Shown: positions 28,252 through 39,016 of the stretch, piece by piece | Position numbering within the stretch: the first letter of the stretch is position 1 | Layout: every line of letters begins with the position of its first letter | Assembly: GCF_003018235.1 (NCBI RefSeq) | Contig: NZ_CP027439.1 | Source of the DNA: Escherichia coli | GTDB lineage: Bacteria > Pseudomonadota > Gammaproteobacteria > Enterobacterales > Enterobacteriaceae | DNA length: 64,000 nucleotides | Reading direction: 5' to 3' (one strand) | Made by a program: the position numbers and the translations under genes | The notes under the pieces: model-generated | The model's input: only the letters and a program-made list of their open reading frames with translations | Told to the model about the DNA's origin: nothing | Databases searched by the model: none

Positions 28252-29139
28252 ATGTCTAATAAAATCAATGAACAATTCCTGAATATCAAGGAAATTAACA
28301 AGCGAACGGGAGAAGAGCTCACGCTTATATCCACAAGTGAGTCCAGTGTTCAGGTAGTTCCGTTGATGCGCCTTGGTGTTTTTGTCCCGACTCTTAAAGG
28401 GACCGATAAAGCTAAAATTACCCGCAATACCGTTGATGCTTCGAAAGATTTTAATACGCTTTCGCTCTACAGCTCTGAGGGATTCGAGAAGGTCATTATT
28501 AGTGGTCCCCGACTTGATATGGACACTGATTTTAAAGTTTGGGTTGGCATAATTTCCGTTCTGACAGACAGTGATCATCCGATCACCAAAGAAGGAAAAA
28601 TCGTGATACCTTTCAGCGAATTTGCGCATCGCTGCGGATTCCCACGGGGGAGGATGAAACAGGAACTTCGCACTCGCCTGAAAGACTCGATAAAGAAGAT
28701 TATGTCCACAATTGTCGAATTTTCGAAAGACTCCGGGAAACCAACAGAGAAGACGCAGATGGTGCAACTCATGGGGGAGTCCACAATAGACATTGGTAAT
28801 GATCTTGTTCTGCTTACACCCAGTATGTCTTTAAAAGATCTTTACGCCAGTGAGTATAAAGTCCTGCTCAAGCTAAAAGCGCTAAAAAGCCTGGCTCGTA
28901 AGGAGTCTGCTCAGGCTCTGTATCTCTATTTGGAAGGTCTGCCCACAAATCCTGCTCCAGTTAGTATTAAGCGTTTTCGCGAACGTCTCAACCTTACATC
29001 CAGAACTGCACTGCAGAATGCCACCATTAAGAAAGCTCTAAAGCAGCTGGAAGAAATTGGTTATCTGGAATATCAGGAAATGAGGAGTGGCAGGGACATC
29101 GCGTTTAATATCATCAAACGTAATCCGAAGCTTCAGTAA
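28252..29139 (+). CDS. repA: Iteron-binding replication initiator, RepFIB/RepHI1B-like
   Basis: 295 aa. The blocks VPLMRLGVFVPTLK, ISGPRLDMDTDFKVWVGII, RKESAQALYLYLEGLP and EIGYLEY match my memory of RepFIB RepA. Confidence 0.9.
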   Translation: MSNKINEQFLNIKEINKRTGEELTLISTSESSVQVVPLMRLGVFVPTLKGTDKAKITRNTVDASKDFNTLSLYSSEGFEKVIISGPRLDMDTDFKVWVGIISVLTDSDHPITKEGKIVIPFSEFAHRCGFPRGRMKQELRTRLKDSIKKIMSTIVEFSKDSGKPTEKTQMVQLMGESTIDIGNDLVLLTPSMSLKDLYASEYKVLLKLKALKSLARKESAQALYLYLEGLPTNPAPVSIKRFRERLNLTSRTALQNATIKKALKQLEEIGYLEYQEMRSGRDIAFNIIKRNPKLQ

Positions 29140-29240
29140 GCTACTGTATGCTACATATTGTCCCATTATCTTGAGCGATAACTCCCAAAGTATTCATCTC
29201 GCTGTTATGAGACATTTGTTAATAGCATACAGTAGACATT
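29138..29240. repeat. Downstream iteron copies (one direct, one inverted)
   Basis: AAGCTACTGTATGCTACA at 29138-29155 and the inverted copy TAGCATACAGTAGACATT at 29223-29240. Confidence 0.6.
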
Positions 29241-29537
29241 TCAGTTATGTGGCCTCAGCGTCGTGTGCGGGCTGTGCCGTGCCTCCAACTTAGCCGGGTT
29301 GGCGTTGATGCAAGGGTACGCTTCGCCGCTGCGGTCACCCGGTCCCTCCTTCCCGTCTGCCGTGATTTTCCGGTCGTTCACCCGCTCAGATTTCGCGGTA
29401 TCACCCTCCAACTCCCGTCAGCCGAGTGCGTCAGGCTGCGGCTTCCCTTGCGCCCCTGCATCCCCGCCTTATCGCCCGGCTTTTATGGAGGCACGGCACC
29501 GCCCGGTGTCGCGGAATATGTGAACAACGGAGGAAAT

Positions 29538-29577
29538 CCCATGCAGTATGCGAAACTCCCATGCAGTATGCGAAACC
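29538..29577 (+). repeat. 20-bp tandem duplication spanning the klcA start codon
   Basis: CCCATGCAGTATGCGAAACT followed by CCCATGCAGTATGCGAAACC. Confidence 0.85.
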
Positions 29578-29986
29578 TGTCACTCTGAACGTTGAAGAGT
29601 GCGACCGTCTGTCTTTTCTGCCTTACCTGTTTGGCCTGGATTTTCTGTATGCCGAAGCGTCTGTATACGCGCTGGCGAAACAAATGATGCCGGAATATCA
29701 GGGAGGTTTCTGGCACTTCATCCGCCTGCCGGACGGTGGCGGTTACATGATGCCGGATGGCGACCGTTTCCACATGGTGAACGGTGCAAACTGGTTTGAC
29801 CGTACCGTGAGTGCTGATGCCGCAGGCATCATTCTGATTTCCCTTGTGATTAACCGCCAGTTGTGGCTGTACCACGACAGCGGGGATGCAGGACTGACCC
29901 AGCTTTACCGGATGCGCGATGCGCAGTTGTGGCGTCACATCGAATTTCACCCTGAATGCAACGCGATTTACGCGGCACTGGACTGA
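29561..29986 (+). CDS. klcA: KlcA/ArdB-family antirestriction protein
   Basis: 141 aa. [25 protein letters not shown]...[18 protein letters not shown] matches KlcA as I remember it. This is the typical first anti-restriction gene of F-like leading regions. Confidence 0.9.
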   Translation: MQYAKPVTLNVEECDRLSFLPYLFGLDFLYAEASVYALAKQMMPEYQGGFWHFIRLPDGGGYMMPDGDRFHMVNGANWFDRTVSADAAGIILISLVINRQLWLYHDSGDAGLTQLYRMRDAQLWRHIEFHPECNAIYAALD

Positions 29987-30032
29987 TTAACGGACGGGGC
30001 GGCAATGCCGCCCCTGTAAAGGAGACGAGAAC

Positions 30033-30455
30033 ATGTACTGTACTGTTAAAGAAATTATCCGCGAAGTGCTGGATACAGACGTGCCGGACAGTGAATGCGT
30101 TTTTGCCGTGGTGCTGACACGTGGGGATGTGCGTCACATAGCCCAGGACTGGAGTCTGACAGACGATGAGCTGGAAGCCGTCATGCAGCGGCTGGACGAT
30201 GCCTTTGAGCATGGTGCGGATGTCAGCATTGTTCACGACGTTGTTCGTGAACTGATGGAGGAAAAGCGCGCCAGCCGTCAGGTGACAGTCCCGGCGGTGA
30301 TGCTGGAAAAAGTGATGGCGCTGGCAGGCAGTGAAATGAAGCGCCTGTATGCCGTCGGGAGTGAGAACGGGGGCGACGGTGACGCATTCGTCAGGGAGGA
30401 ACGCGAAGCAATAAACGTTGTGTTACAGGCGCTGGACGGGGAGCACATGTCATGA
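30033..30455 (+). CDS. Conserved leading-region protein of unknown function (DUF1380-like, from memory)
   Basis: 140-aa acidic ORF with a GGAG SD. It is coupled to the next ORF. Confidence 0.65.
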   Translation: MYCTVKEIIREVLDTDVPDSECVFAVVLTRGDVRHIAQDWSLTDDELEAVMQRLDDAFEHGADVSIVHDVVRELMEEKRASRQVTVPAVMLEKVMALAGSEMKRLYAVGSENGGDGDAFVREEREAINVVLQALDGEHMS

Positions 30456-30643
30456 ATATCAGCACGGAAACCCGCGAAATTCTGCGCAATTACAAAGCCG
30501 TGATTAATGCGTGGCGTCGTGAAATGGGACAGAAACCGCTCACCACCGCACAGATTGTTGATGAAATCTGCGATTTTGTGGCGAATCAGCAGGCGGTTTT
30601 CCTCGGTGGTCACTACATCCTTCAGGGCAGCAGAAACAGGTGA
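30452..30643 (+). CDS. Hypothetical small protein (63 aa)
   Basis: ATGA overlap with the upstream ORF. Confidence 0.5.
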   Translation: MNISTETREILRNYKAVINAWRREMGQKPLTTAQIVDEICDFVANQQAVFLGGHYILQGSRNR

Positions 30644-30872
30644 TACAGGGGCAGGCGGTGGAGGCCGCCTGTCAGCCCGCGCGAAAACCCCTGGCAGGCT
30701 GACGCCTGCCGGAAGGGAAGCGGGCCACGCTGACGCGTCGCCCGTTACCCTTCCTGTTTGTGATGTGCCCGGAATGTTTTTTTCTGATGTTATTTTTCTG
30801 TGGTTACCGTGCTTGTTATTGTTCTTCTTCTTTTTCCTCTTCCTCTTCTTTCCGTTCCTCTCCTGTTTATGG

Positions 30873-31398
30873 CTTTTCCGGGCGTCCCCCTGACGGGGCG
30901 GGCTGTCGTGAACGGAGCCAGCGAAGCTGTCTCCGCCCTGGCGGGCTTCCATCCCTGACGCGAAACCCTGGCTTGCAGCGACCGTTCCGGTCGCGCCGCC
31001 TCTGTCGCGCCGTGGCCTGCGCTCCTGGCATCCCGGCAAAAGGCCGCCGGGATGTAAGGGGCAACGCCGTTTCGCGCACGCGCTCTCCGTCGTTGCGGCG
31101 GGCCCCTGCTCATTGCCTGCCGGGTGCCACACACCCGTATGAGTCCCTGTCGCCGGGGGCTGAGACAGCCACAACCTGCCGCACTGACTGTCCAGGGTAA
31201 ATGAACAGCCCACAAAATTTTTTACCCAAAAACCGGTAAAAAATTTTGCGTTCTGCCCAGGACAGGTGCGTCAGGCCGTGGCAGTGATGCCCCTTGCGGC
31301 GAAGGTTCTCAAACGGGTGAAGTTCATACCACAGGGAATACAGCAGCAGGTTCCCGCGAAACGTCAAAACCGCGGCTCCCGAAACTCAACGGGTGATG
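30873..31398 (+). promoter_or_regulatory. Frpo/ssi-like leading-region repeat, copy A
   Basis: About 526-bp GC-rich repeat shared with 34166-34707 and 39682-40124. It contains the 14-bp-stem hairpin CAAAATTTTTTACC...GGTAAAAAATTTTG (31213-31248). Confidence 0.65.
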
Positions 31399-31625
31399 TT
31401 CTTTAAAAATCAGGATTTATTTCAGCCTCCGGCAATACGCATTTATTTGTTCTGTCAGTCATCCGGCTGACAGGTAATGAGAACGCAGGAACAGAAGGAG
31501 GAAAACACCGGAAAGCGTCAGATGCAGATATGAAAAAAGCAGGTCAGGGACCTGCTTAATCCATGCCGCAGAGACTGCACGAACAGTTTTTGCGGCTCCA
31601 GTCAATCGTCATAAGAGGCTAAATT

Positions 31626-31856
31626 ATGACAATAAGTATTGTTTCACCTTCCGCAGCGGCTGTAAAGCCCCGCCGTCATCCCCGTTTCAGACGCGAAGAC
31701 ATCCCCGCGCCGGAAATTGACCCCGTGCTGAAAGCCTTCGGGCGACACATAGCCCGGAGTTTTCACCGGGGGCGTGGTGCACACATCCCCGCCATGAAAA
31801 ACACGGCCTTCGGGCAGGTGCTCCGCACACTCGAACTGAAACGCGCTTTTAACTGA
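31626..31856 (+). CDS. Hypothetical basic protein (76 aa)
   Basis: First ORF downstream of repeat copy A. There is no recognisable motif. Confidence 0.4.
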   Translation: MTISIVSPSAAAVKPRRHPRFRREDIPAPEIDPVLKAFGRHIARSFHRGRGAHIPAMKNTAFGQVLRTLELKRAFN

Positions 31857-31907
31857 TGAGGTGAGCCGCCCCGCGAGGGGCGGCAACAGACGGAAGGAGA
31901 ACATTTT

Positions 31908-33269
31908 ATGACATTAGCAGCAATCACCATGACCGCCCCGGAAGCCGCCAGCCCTGTGCAGATGTACCGCGCGACCTACTCACCGGATGACAACAAACTG
32001 CGCCTGTATGCCGCGTCACGTCTTGACCCGGAGACGTATAAGAAAGTCCATGATGCCGGTTTCCGCTGGGCACCAAAACAGGCGCTGTTTGTCGCGCCAG
32101 CTTGGACACCGGGCCGGGAAGATGTGCTCCTCTCACTTGCCGGAGAGATTGAGGATGAAGACAGCACACTCGCTGAACGTCAGGAAGCACGGGCGGAGCG
32201 GTTTACTGGATACAGCGGAAAGCGGGCCAGTGAATCCGCACAGGCACTTGATGAAGTGGAAAGACTGGCCGCGATGATCCCGCCCGGTCAGCCCATTCTT
32301 GTGGGGCATCACAGCGAACGCCGCGCCCGTCGTGATGCGCAGCGTATTGAAAACGGCATGAAACGTGCTGTGATGCTCTTTGAACGTGCAGAATACTGGG
32401 AAGAGCGGGCGCGCTCGGCACTGCTTCACGCGAAGTATAAAGAACGTCCGGACGTTCGCTGGCGTCGTATCAAAAAAATCGAAGCTGATTTGCGCAAGTC
32501 TGAAAAGACCATCGCGCAGTCGCAGAAATATCTGACGATGTGGCGGGCTGAATCGCTGGATCTGAATATGGCAAAACTCATCAGCAGTCATGACCATATC
32601 AGCGCCTGTTTCCCGCTGGATACGTATCCGCGCCCGGCAGAAAAAAGCCAGTATGAAGGAAGTCGCTCGTTATGGTCGGCCCTGGATGATGACATCATCA
32701 CCACGGAGCAGGCCCGTGAAATTGCGATCCGCTGTCATGAACGGCAGATTCAGCGTCAGCAACGCTGGGTTAACCACTATCAGAACCGCCTGATCTATGA
32801 GCGTGCCATGCTGGACGAAAGCGGCGGCGTGGTTACCCGGACACAGGATTTTGAGCCGGGCGGACAGGTTTTCAGCCGGGGTGAGTGGCTGACCATCATC
32901 CGCGTGAACAAAAGCAACGGGGCGGTGAGTTCAGTCACAACGCCAAATTACAGTTTTCTCGGGTACAGCGGCACGATGAAAGTGACGCCCGATCGCATCA
33001 CGGACTACAAAGCACCATCGGCAGAAGAGGCTGCCGTCGCCAGCCAGGCCGCGAAGCGTCCGCCGGTAGTCAACTATCCGGGGGAAGGTTTCCGGGAAAT
33101 GACAAAGGCACAGTGGGCCGCCCTGCCCCGGGACTGTAAGGCCGTGCGCAGTGTGGCAGAAGCAGAAGACCACGGGGCATACCGCTACCGCCGCACAATG
33201 GACAATAATTTCCGTCTGGTGAATGTGTATATCACCGACATGAAAATTACGGAAATCCCACAGAAATAA
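31908..33269 (+). CDS. Conserved leading-region protein of unknown function (DUF3560-like, from memory)
   Basis: 453-aa ORF with a GGAG SD. The N-terminal block YSPDDNKLRLYAASRLDPETYKKVHDAGFRWAPKQ is typical of this family. Confidence 0.7.
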   Translation: MTLAAITMTAPEAASPVQMYRATYSPDDNKLRLYAASRLDPETYKKVHDAGFRWAPKQALFVAPAWTPGREDVLLSLAGEIEDEDSTLAERQEARAERFTGYSGKRASESAQALDEVERLAAMIPPGQPILVGHHSERRARRDAQRIENGMKRAVMLFERAEYWEERARSALLHAKYKERPDVRWRRIKKIEADLRKSEKTIAQSQKYLTMWRAESLDLNMAKLISSHDHISACFPLDTYPRPAEKSQYEGSRSLWSALDDDIITTEQAREIAIRCHERQIQRQQRWVNHYQNRLIYERAMLDESGGVVTRTQDFEPGGQVFSRGEWLTIIRVNKSNGAVSSVTTPNYSFLGYSGTMKVTPDRITDYKAPSAEEAAVASQAAKRPPVVNYPGEGFREMTKAQWAALPRDCKAVRSVAEAEDHGAYRYRRTMDNNFRLVNVYITDMKITEIPQK

Positions 33270-33315
33270 GGTATATCCCCCCGGGAAATCCCCGGGGGAT
33301 GACGGAGATAATGAC

Positions 33316-33879
33316 ATGCACAGTCAGTTAAAAGAACGTATCCGGCTGATGCGCGCAAGGCTGGATAACGCCGCGCCGGTTGCTGAAATCCGGGCTGAAT
33401 CTCAGCTTTTTGTGACTCCTGCCCCGGTCTGTGATCGCCTGGTGACGCTGGCGGAGATCAGCAACCGTGATCACATTCTGGAACCCTCTGCCGGCACCGG
33501 GGCCATACTGCGGGCGATTCGGGATACCGCGCCGGGGGCCATGTGTGATGCGGTGGAAATCAACAGCGGGCTGGTCCGGTATCTGCGGGAAAATTTTAAC
33601 GGTGTCAGGGTTCAGTGTGGCGACTTCATGGAATGGCAGCCGGTGCAGTATTACAGCCGGGTTATCATGAATCCGCCGTTCAGCCACGGGCAGGATATCC
33701 GGCATATCCTGCGGGCCTTTTCCCTGTTGCGTCCGGGTGGCGTGCTGGTTGCCGTCTGTCTGAACGGGCCGCGCCAGCAGGAGAAGCTGTTACCGTTTTC
33801 TGACGTCCGCGAGGAGCTGCCACGCGGCACGTTTGCTTATACCGATGTTCCGACGATGATTATTCGTCTGCGTGCCTGA
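33316..33879 (+). CDS. Orphan SAM-dependent DNA (N6-adenine type) methyltransferase
   Basis: SAM motif ILEPSAGTGAIL and catalytic motif IMNPPF. There is no adjacent restriction gene. Confidence 0.85.
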   Translation: MHSQLKERIRLMRARLDNAAPVAEIRAESQLFVTPAPVCDRLVTLAEISNRDHILEPSAGTGAILRAIRDTAPGAMCDAVEINSGLVRYLRENFNGVRVQCGDFMEWQPVQYYSRVIMNPPFSHGQDIRHILRAFSLLRPGGVLVAVCLNGPRQQEKLLPFSDVREELPRGTFAYTDVPTMIIRLRA

Positions 33880-34060
33880 TGACTCCGGGCAGGCGGGAGG
33901 ACAAATGCCCGTCTGCCCGCGCCGGGAAAAGACCGCGCGCCGGTGGCGCTGAAAGGGGCCGCGCTCACGCGCCGCCCCTTACATTACGCGGACATTCTGC
34001 TGTGGGCTTCTGTCTTTTCAGACCTGTCATTTGTCTGTTACTGATGATGTTGTTGTTCCT

Positions 34061-34108
34061 GCTACTGCTACTGCTACTGCTACTGCTACTGCTACTGCTA
34101 CTGCTACT
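34061..34108 (+). repeat. Hexanucleotide microsatellite (GCTACT)x8
   Basis: Eight perfect tandem copies, preceded by TGATGATGTTGTTGTT and followed by T/C-rich sequence. Confidence 0.9.
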
Positions 34109-34165
34109 GTTCTTCTTTTTTCTGCTGTTCTGATTACTGCCTGTTTTGTTGTTCTCCTGCTTATG

Positions 34166-34707
34166 CCTTTTCCGGGCGTCCCCCTGGCGGGGCGGGCTGT
34201 CGTGAACGGAGCCAGCGAAGCTGTCTCCGCCCTGGCGGGCTTCCATCCCTGACGCGAAACCCCGGGCTTGCAGCGACCGTTCCGGTCGCGCCGCCTCTGT
34301 CGCGCCGTGGCCTGCGCTCCCGGCATCCCGGCAAAAGGCCGCCGGGATGTAAGGGGCAACGCCGTTTCGCAAACCGCGCTTCACGTCGTTGCGGCGGGTC
34401 CCTGTCCGTTGTTGTGTCCGGTGCCATTCACCTGTTTAAGCCCCTGTCGCCGGGGGCTGATACAGCCACAACCGTCTCCGCCAGTCCAGGGGTGAAATGT
34501 ACATCCCGCAAAACTTTTTGCCCAAAAGCAGGCAAAAACTTTTGCGGTCTGCCCCCGGACAGTCGTTTCCGGCCGTGGCAGTGATGCCCCTTGCGGCGAA
34601 GGTTCTCAAAAAGGTGATGGTGAATACCGGAGGGAACAAAAGGCAGGTCCCCGCAAAACGTCAAAACCGCGGCTCCCGAAACTCAAAAGATGATGGGGGC
34701 TGAAAAC
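34166..34707 (+). promoter_or_regulatory. Frpo/ssi-like leading-region repeat, copy B (upstream of ssb)
   Basis: Aligns with copies A and C. The hairpin arms GCAAAACTTTTTGCC / GGCAAAAACTTTTGC carry changes relative to copy A in both arms. Confidence 0.65.
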
Positions 34708-34728
34708 ATCAACAGAAGGAGGCACATC

Positions 34729-35558
<830 letters not shown>

Positions 35559-35621
35559 GAGAGGTGCCGGACGGGAACGCGTCCGGCAGACATACAACCA
35601 TCCCGGTCAAAGGAGAAATAT

Positions 35622-37580
35622 ATGTCAGTTACAGAGTCTAAGACAAAAACGGAGCGTAAATCCAGCCGTAAACCTGCAAAAACGCAGGAAACAGTCCTGT
35701 CTGCCCTGCTGGCGCAGACGGAGGAAGTGAGCGTGCCGCTGGCCTCACTGATTAAATCACCGCTGAATGTGCGCACGGTGCCGTATTCTGCGGAGTCCGT
35801 CAGCGAACTGGCGGACTCCATTAAAGGCGTCGGCCTGTTACAGAATCTGGTTGTTCATGCCCTGCCAGGTGACCGTTACGGTGTCGCCGCAGGTGGTCGC
35901 CGACTGGCTGCACTCAACATGCTGGCAGAGCGTGGCATCATTCCGGCTGACTGGCCTGTCCGTGTGAAGGTCATTCCGCAGGAGCTGGCGACGGCGGCAT
36001 CAATGACTGAAAACGGTCATCGTCGGGATATGCACCCTGCTGAACAGATTGCCGGATTCCGCGCAATGGCGCAGGAAGGCAAAACACCTGCACAAATCGG
36101 TGATTTGCTGGGCTATTCACCCCGCCATGTCCAGCGAATGCTGAAACTGGCAGATCTTGCGCCTGTCATCCTCGATGCGCTGGCAGAAGACCGCATCACC
36201 ACCGAACACTGTCAGGCGCTGGCACTGGAGAACGACACCGCGCGTCAGGTGCAGGTGTTTGAAGCCGCCTGCCAGTCAGGATGGGGTGGAAAACCGGAAG
36301 TGCAGACCATTCGTCGTCTGGTGACCGAAAGTGAAGTGGCGGTGGCGGGGAACAGTAAATTCCGCTTCGTGGGGGCTGATGCCTTCTCGCCAGATGAACT
36401 GCGCACCGATTTGTTCAGCGACGACGAGGGTGGCTATGTGGACTGTGTTGCGCTCGATGTCGCCCTGCTGGAAAAACTCCAGGCTGTCGCAGAGTTCCTT
36501 CGGGAAGCCGAAGGCTGGGAATGGTGCGCCGGACGTATGGAGCCTGTTGGTGAGTGCCGTGAGGATGCCGGAACATACCGCTGTCTGCCGGAGCCGGAAG
36601 CGGTGCTGACGGAGGCGGAAGAAGAACGCCTGAACGAACTGATGGCACGTTACGACGCGCCGGAAAACCAGAGTGAGGAATCCGACCTGCTGGAAGCCGA
36701 AATGAAGCTGATGCGCTGCATGGCGAAGGTCAGGGCGTGGACGCCGGAGATGCGTGCCGGAAGTGGCGTGGTGGTGTCCTGGCGTTATGGCAACGTGTGT
36801 GTCCAGCGTGGTGTGCAGTTGCGCAGTGAGGATGATGTGGCTGATAACGATTACCGCACGGAACAGGTGCAGGAGAAAGCCTCAGTGGAGGAAATCAGTC
36901 TGCCGCTGCTGACGAAAATGTCCTCAGAGCGCACGCTGGCAGTCCAGGCGGCACTGATGCAGCAATCAGACAAATCCCTGGCACTTCTGGCATGGACACT
37001 CTGTCTGAATGTATTTGGCAGTGGAGCGTACAGCAATCCCGCCAGAATCCGCCTGGAATGTGAGCATTATTCGCTGACCAGCGATGCGCCGTCAGGGAAG
37101 GAAGGTGCCGCATTCATGGCGATGATGGCAGAAAAAGCCCGTCTTGCCGCCCTGCTGCCGGATGGATGGGCACGGGATATGACGACGTTCCTGTCACTCA
37201 GTCAGGAGGTGCTGTTATCACTGCTCAGTTTCTGCACCGCGTGCAGTATCCACGGTGTCCAGACCCGTGAGTATGGTCACACGTCACGCAGTCCGCTGGA
37301 TTCGCTGGAAAGCGCCATCGGCTTTCACATGCGCGACTGGTGGCAGCCGACAAAAGCAAACTTCTTCGGACACCTGAAAAAGCCGCAGATTATCGCAGCC
37401 CTGAATGAGGCAGGACTGTCCGGTGCTGCACGGGACGCGGAGAAGATGAAGAAAGGCGATGCGGCTGAACATGCAGAGTTCCACATGAAAGACAACCGCT
37501 GGGTGCCTGGCTGGATGTGTGCACCACGCCCACAGACGGATGCCACTGAACGCACCGATAACCTGGCTGATGCCGCCTGA
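35622..37580 (+). CDS. ParB/Srx-domain protein of the leading region (652 aa)
   Basis: N-terminal ParB-type box LLQNLVVHALPGDRYGVAAGGRRLAAL. It holds the conserved position upstream of psiB in F-like plasmids. Confidence 0.85.
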   Translation: MSVTESKTKTERKSSRKPAKTQETVLSALLAQTEEVSVPLASLIKSPLNVRTVPYSAESVSELADSIKGVGLLQNLVVHALPGDRYGVAAGGRRLAALNMLAERGIIPADWPVRVKVIPQELATAASMTENGHRRDMHPAEQIAGFRAMAQEGKTPAQIGDLLGYSPRHVQRMLKLADLAPVILDALAEDRITTEHCQALALENDTARQVQVFEAACQSGWGGKPEVQTIRRLVTESEVAVAGNSKFRFVGADAFSPDELRTDLFSDDEGGYVDCVALDVALLEKLQAVAEFLREAEGWEWCAGRMEPVGECREDAGTYRCLPEPEAVLTEAEEERLNELMARYDAPENQSEESDLLEAEMKLMRCMAKVRAWTPEMRAGSGVVVSWRYGNVCVQRGVQLRSEDDVADNDYRTEQVQEKASVEEISLPLLTKMSSERTLAVQAALMQQSDKSLALLAWTLCLNVFGSGAYSNPARIRLECEHYSLTSDAPSGKEGAAFMAMMAEKARLAALLPDGWARDMTTFLSLSQEVLLSLLSFCTACSIHGVQTREYGHTSRSPLDSLESAIGFHMRDWWQPTKANFFGHLKKPQIIAALNEAGLSGAARDAEKMKKGDAAEHAEFHMKDNRWVPGWMCAPRPQTDATERTDNLADAA

Positions 37581-37634
37581 TGAACAACCACACCGCCCCG
37601 CCGGAGACGGGGCGGCAGCAAGGGAGATACCGTG

Positions 37635-38069
37635 ATGAAAACTGAACTGACCCTGAATGTATTACAGACCATGAACGCACAGGAATATGAAGATATCCGG
37701 GCTGCCGGAAGTGATGAACGCCGTGAGCTGACTCACGCCGTGATGCGGGAGCTGGATGCGCCGGATAACTGGACGATGAACGGCGAGTACGGCAGCGAGT
37801 TTGGCGGCTTTTTCCCCGTCCAGGTCCGTTTCACGCCTGCCCACGAACGTTTTCACCTGGCGTTATGTTCACCGGGCGATGTCTCTCAGGTCTGGGTGCT
37901 GGTTCTGGTGAATGCCGGTGGTGAGCCGTTTGCGGTGGTTCAGGTACAGCGGCGGTTTGCACCGGAAGCCGTCAGCCATTCACTGGCACTGGCGGCGTCA
38001 CTGGATACGCAGGGGTACAGCGTTAACGACATCATCCATATCCTGATGGCGGAAGGAGGTCAGGTATGA
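37635..38069 (+). CDS. psiB: Plasmid SOS-inhibition protein PsiB
   Basis: 144 aa. [40 protein letters not shown] matches F PsiB. Confidence 0.95.
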   Translation: MKTELTLNVLQTMNAQEYEDIRAAGSDERRELTHAVMRELDAPDNWTMNGEYGSEFGGFFPVQVRFTPAHERFHLALCSPGDVSQVWVLVLVNAGGEPFAVVQVQRRFAPEAVSHSLALAASLDTQGYSVNDIIHILMAEGGQV

Positions 38070-38785
38070 GCGTACGTTCACAGGCACTGGTTCCCCTCAG
38101 CACAGAGCAACAGGCCGCATGGCGGGCGGTGGCGGAGACAGAAAAACGCCGCCATCAGGGTAACACGCTGGCGGAATATCCGTATGCGGGGGCGTTTTTC
38201 CGCTGTCTGAACGGAAGCCGCAGGATATCGCTGTCTGACCTGCGATTTTTCATGCCGTCCCTGACCGCAGAAGAACTGCACGGCAACCGTCTTCAGTGGC
38301 TGTATGCAGTCGATGTGCTGATTGAAACACAGGGCGAGGTCTGCCTCCTTCCCCTTCCCGGTGATGCAGCAGAGCGGTTGTTTCCGTCGGTGCGGTTTCG
38401 TGTCAGGGAGCGCAGTCGCCATAAATCCGCGCTGGTCATGCAGAAGTACAGCCGCCAGCAGGCACGGGAGGCAGAGCAGAAAGCCCGTGCGTACCAGGCG
38501 CTGGTCGCTCAGGCTGAAATCGAACTGGCATTCCATTCGCCGGAAACAGTCGGAAGCTGGCATGCACGCTGGAGTGACCGGGTGGCAGAGCATGACCTGG
38601 AAACCCTGTTCTGGCAGTGGGGCGAGCGTTTTCCGTCACTGGCCGGAATGGAACGCTGGCAGTGGCAGGATATGCCGTTCTGGCAGGTTATTGCGGAAGC
38701 CAGTCTTGCAGCAAGAGAGGCCGGTCACGCTGTCCGTGAGATGGAGCGGTGGATGGTGCCGAACAAACTCCGGGAGGCTGCGTGA
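38066..38785 (+). CDS. psiA: PsiA protein
   Basis: 239 aa, coupled to psiB by an ATGA overlap. It is collinear with F PsiA as I remember it. Confidence 0.9.
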   Translation: MSVRSQALVPLSTEQQAAWRAVAETEKRRHQGNTLAEYPYAGAFFRCLNGSRRISLSDLRFFMPSLTAEELHGNRLQWLYAVDVLIETQGEVCLLPLPGDAAERLFPSVRFRVRERSRHKSALVMQKYSRQQAREAEQKARAYQALVAQAEIELAFHSPETVGSWHARWSDRVAEHDLETLFWQWGERFPSLAGMERWQWQDMPFWQVIAEASLAAREAGHAVREMERWMVPNKLREAA

Positions 38786-38954
38786 TGCGGCAACAATCAC
38801 ACAGATTACCCGTAAACAGCCTGAATGAGCGGGTTATTTTCAGGAAAAGTGAGTGTGGTCAGCGTGCAGGGATATGGGCTATGATGTGCCCGGCGCTTGA
38901 GGCTTTCTGCCTCATGACGTGAAGGTGGTTTGTTGCCGTGTTGTGTGGCAGAAA

Positions 38955-39016
38955 GAAGATAGCCCCGTAGTAAGTTAATTTTCATTAACCACCACGAGGC
39001 ATCCCTATGTCTAGTC
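38955..39016 (-). ncRNA. sok: Sok/FlmB-type antisense RNA (approximate ends)
   Basis: A minus-strand promoter reads TTGCGC (39051-39046), 17-nt spacer, TATCCT (39028-39023). The transcript would cover the mok start region and the GTTAAT-GAAA-ATTAAC hairpin. Confidence 0.5.

Noticed and set aside
28201-28767. 188-aa minus-strand ORF overlapping the iterons and repA, and the 27893-28102 minus-strand ORF in the origin.
   Set aside because: They are antisense to repA or lie over origin repeats. There are no translation signals.
30278-31213. Long ORFs on both strands within the Frpo-like repeats and low-complexity tracts. Examples: 30278-31213 (minus), 33965-34384 (minus), 34027-34359 (minus), 39510-39776 (minus), and the plus-strand Leu- or Ser-rich ORFs.
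   Set aside because: They are artefacts of GC-rich repeats and microsatellites: they recur in every repeat copy in several frames, have Arg/Pro/Ser-rich nonsense composition, and lack SDs.
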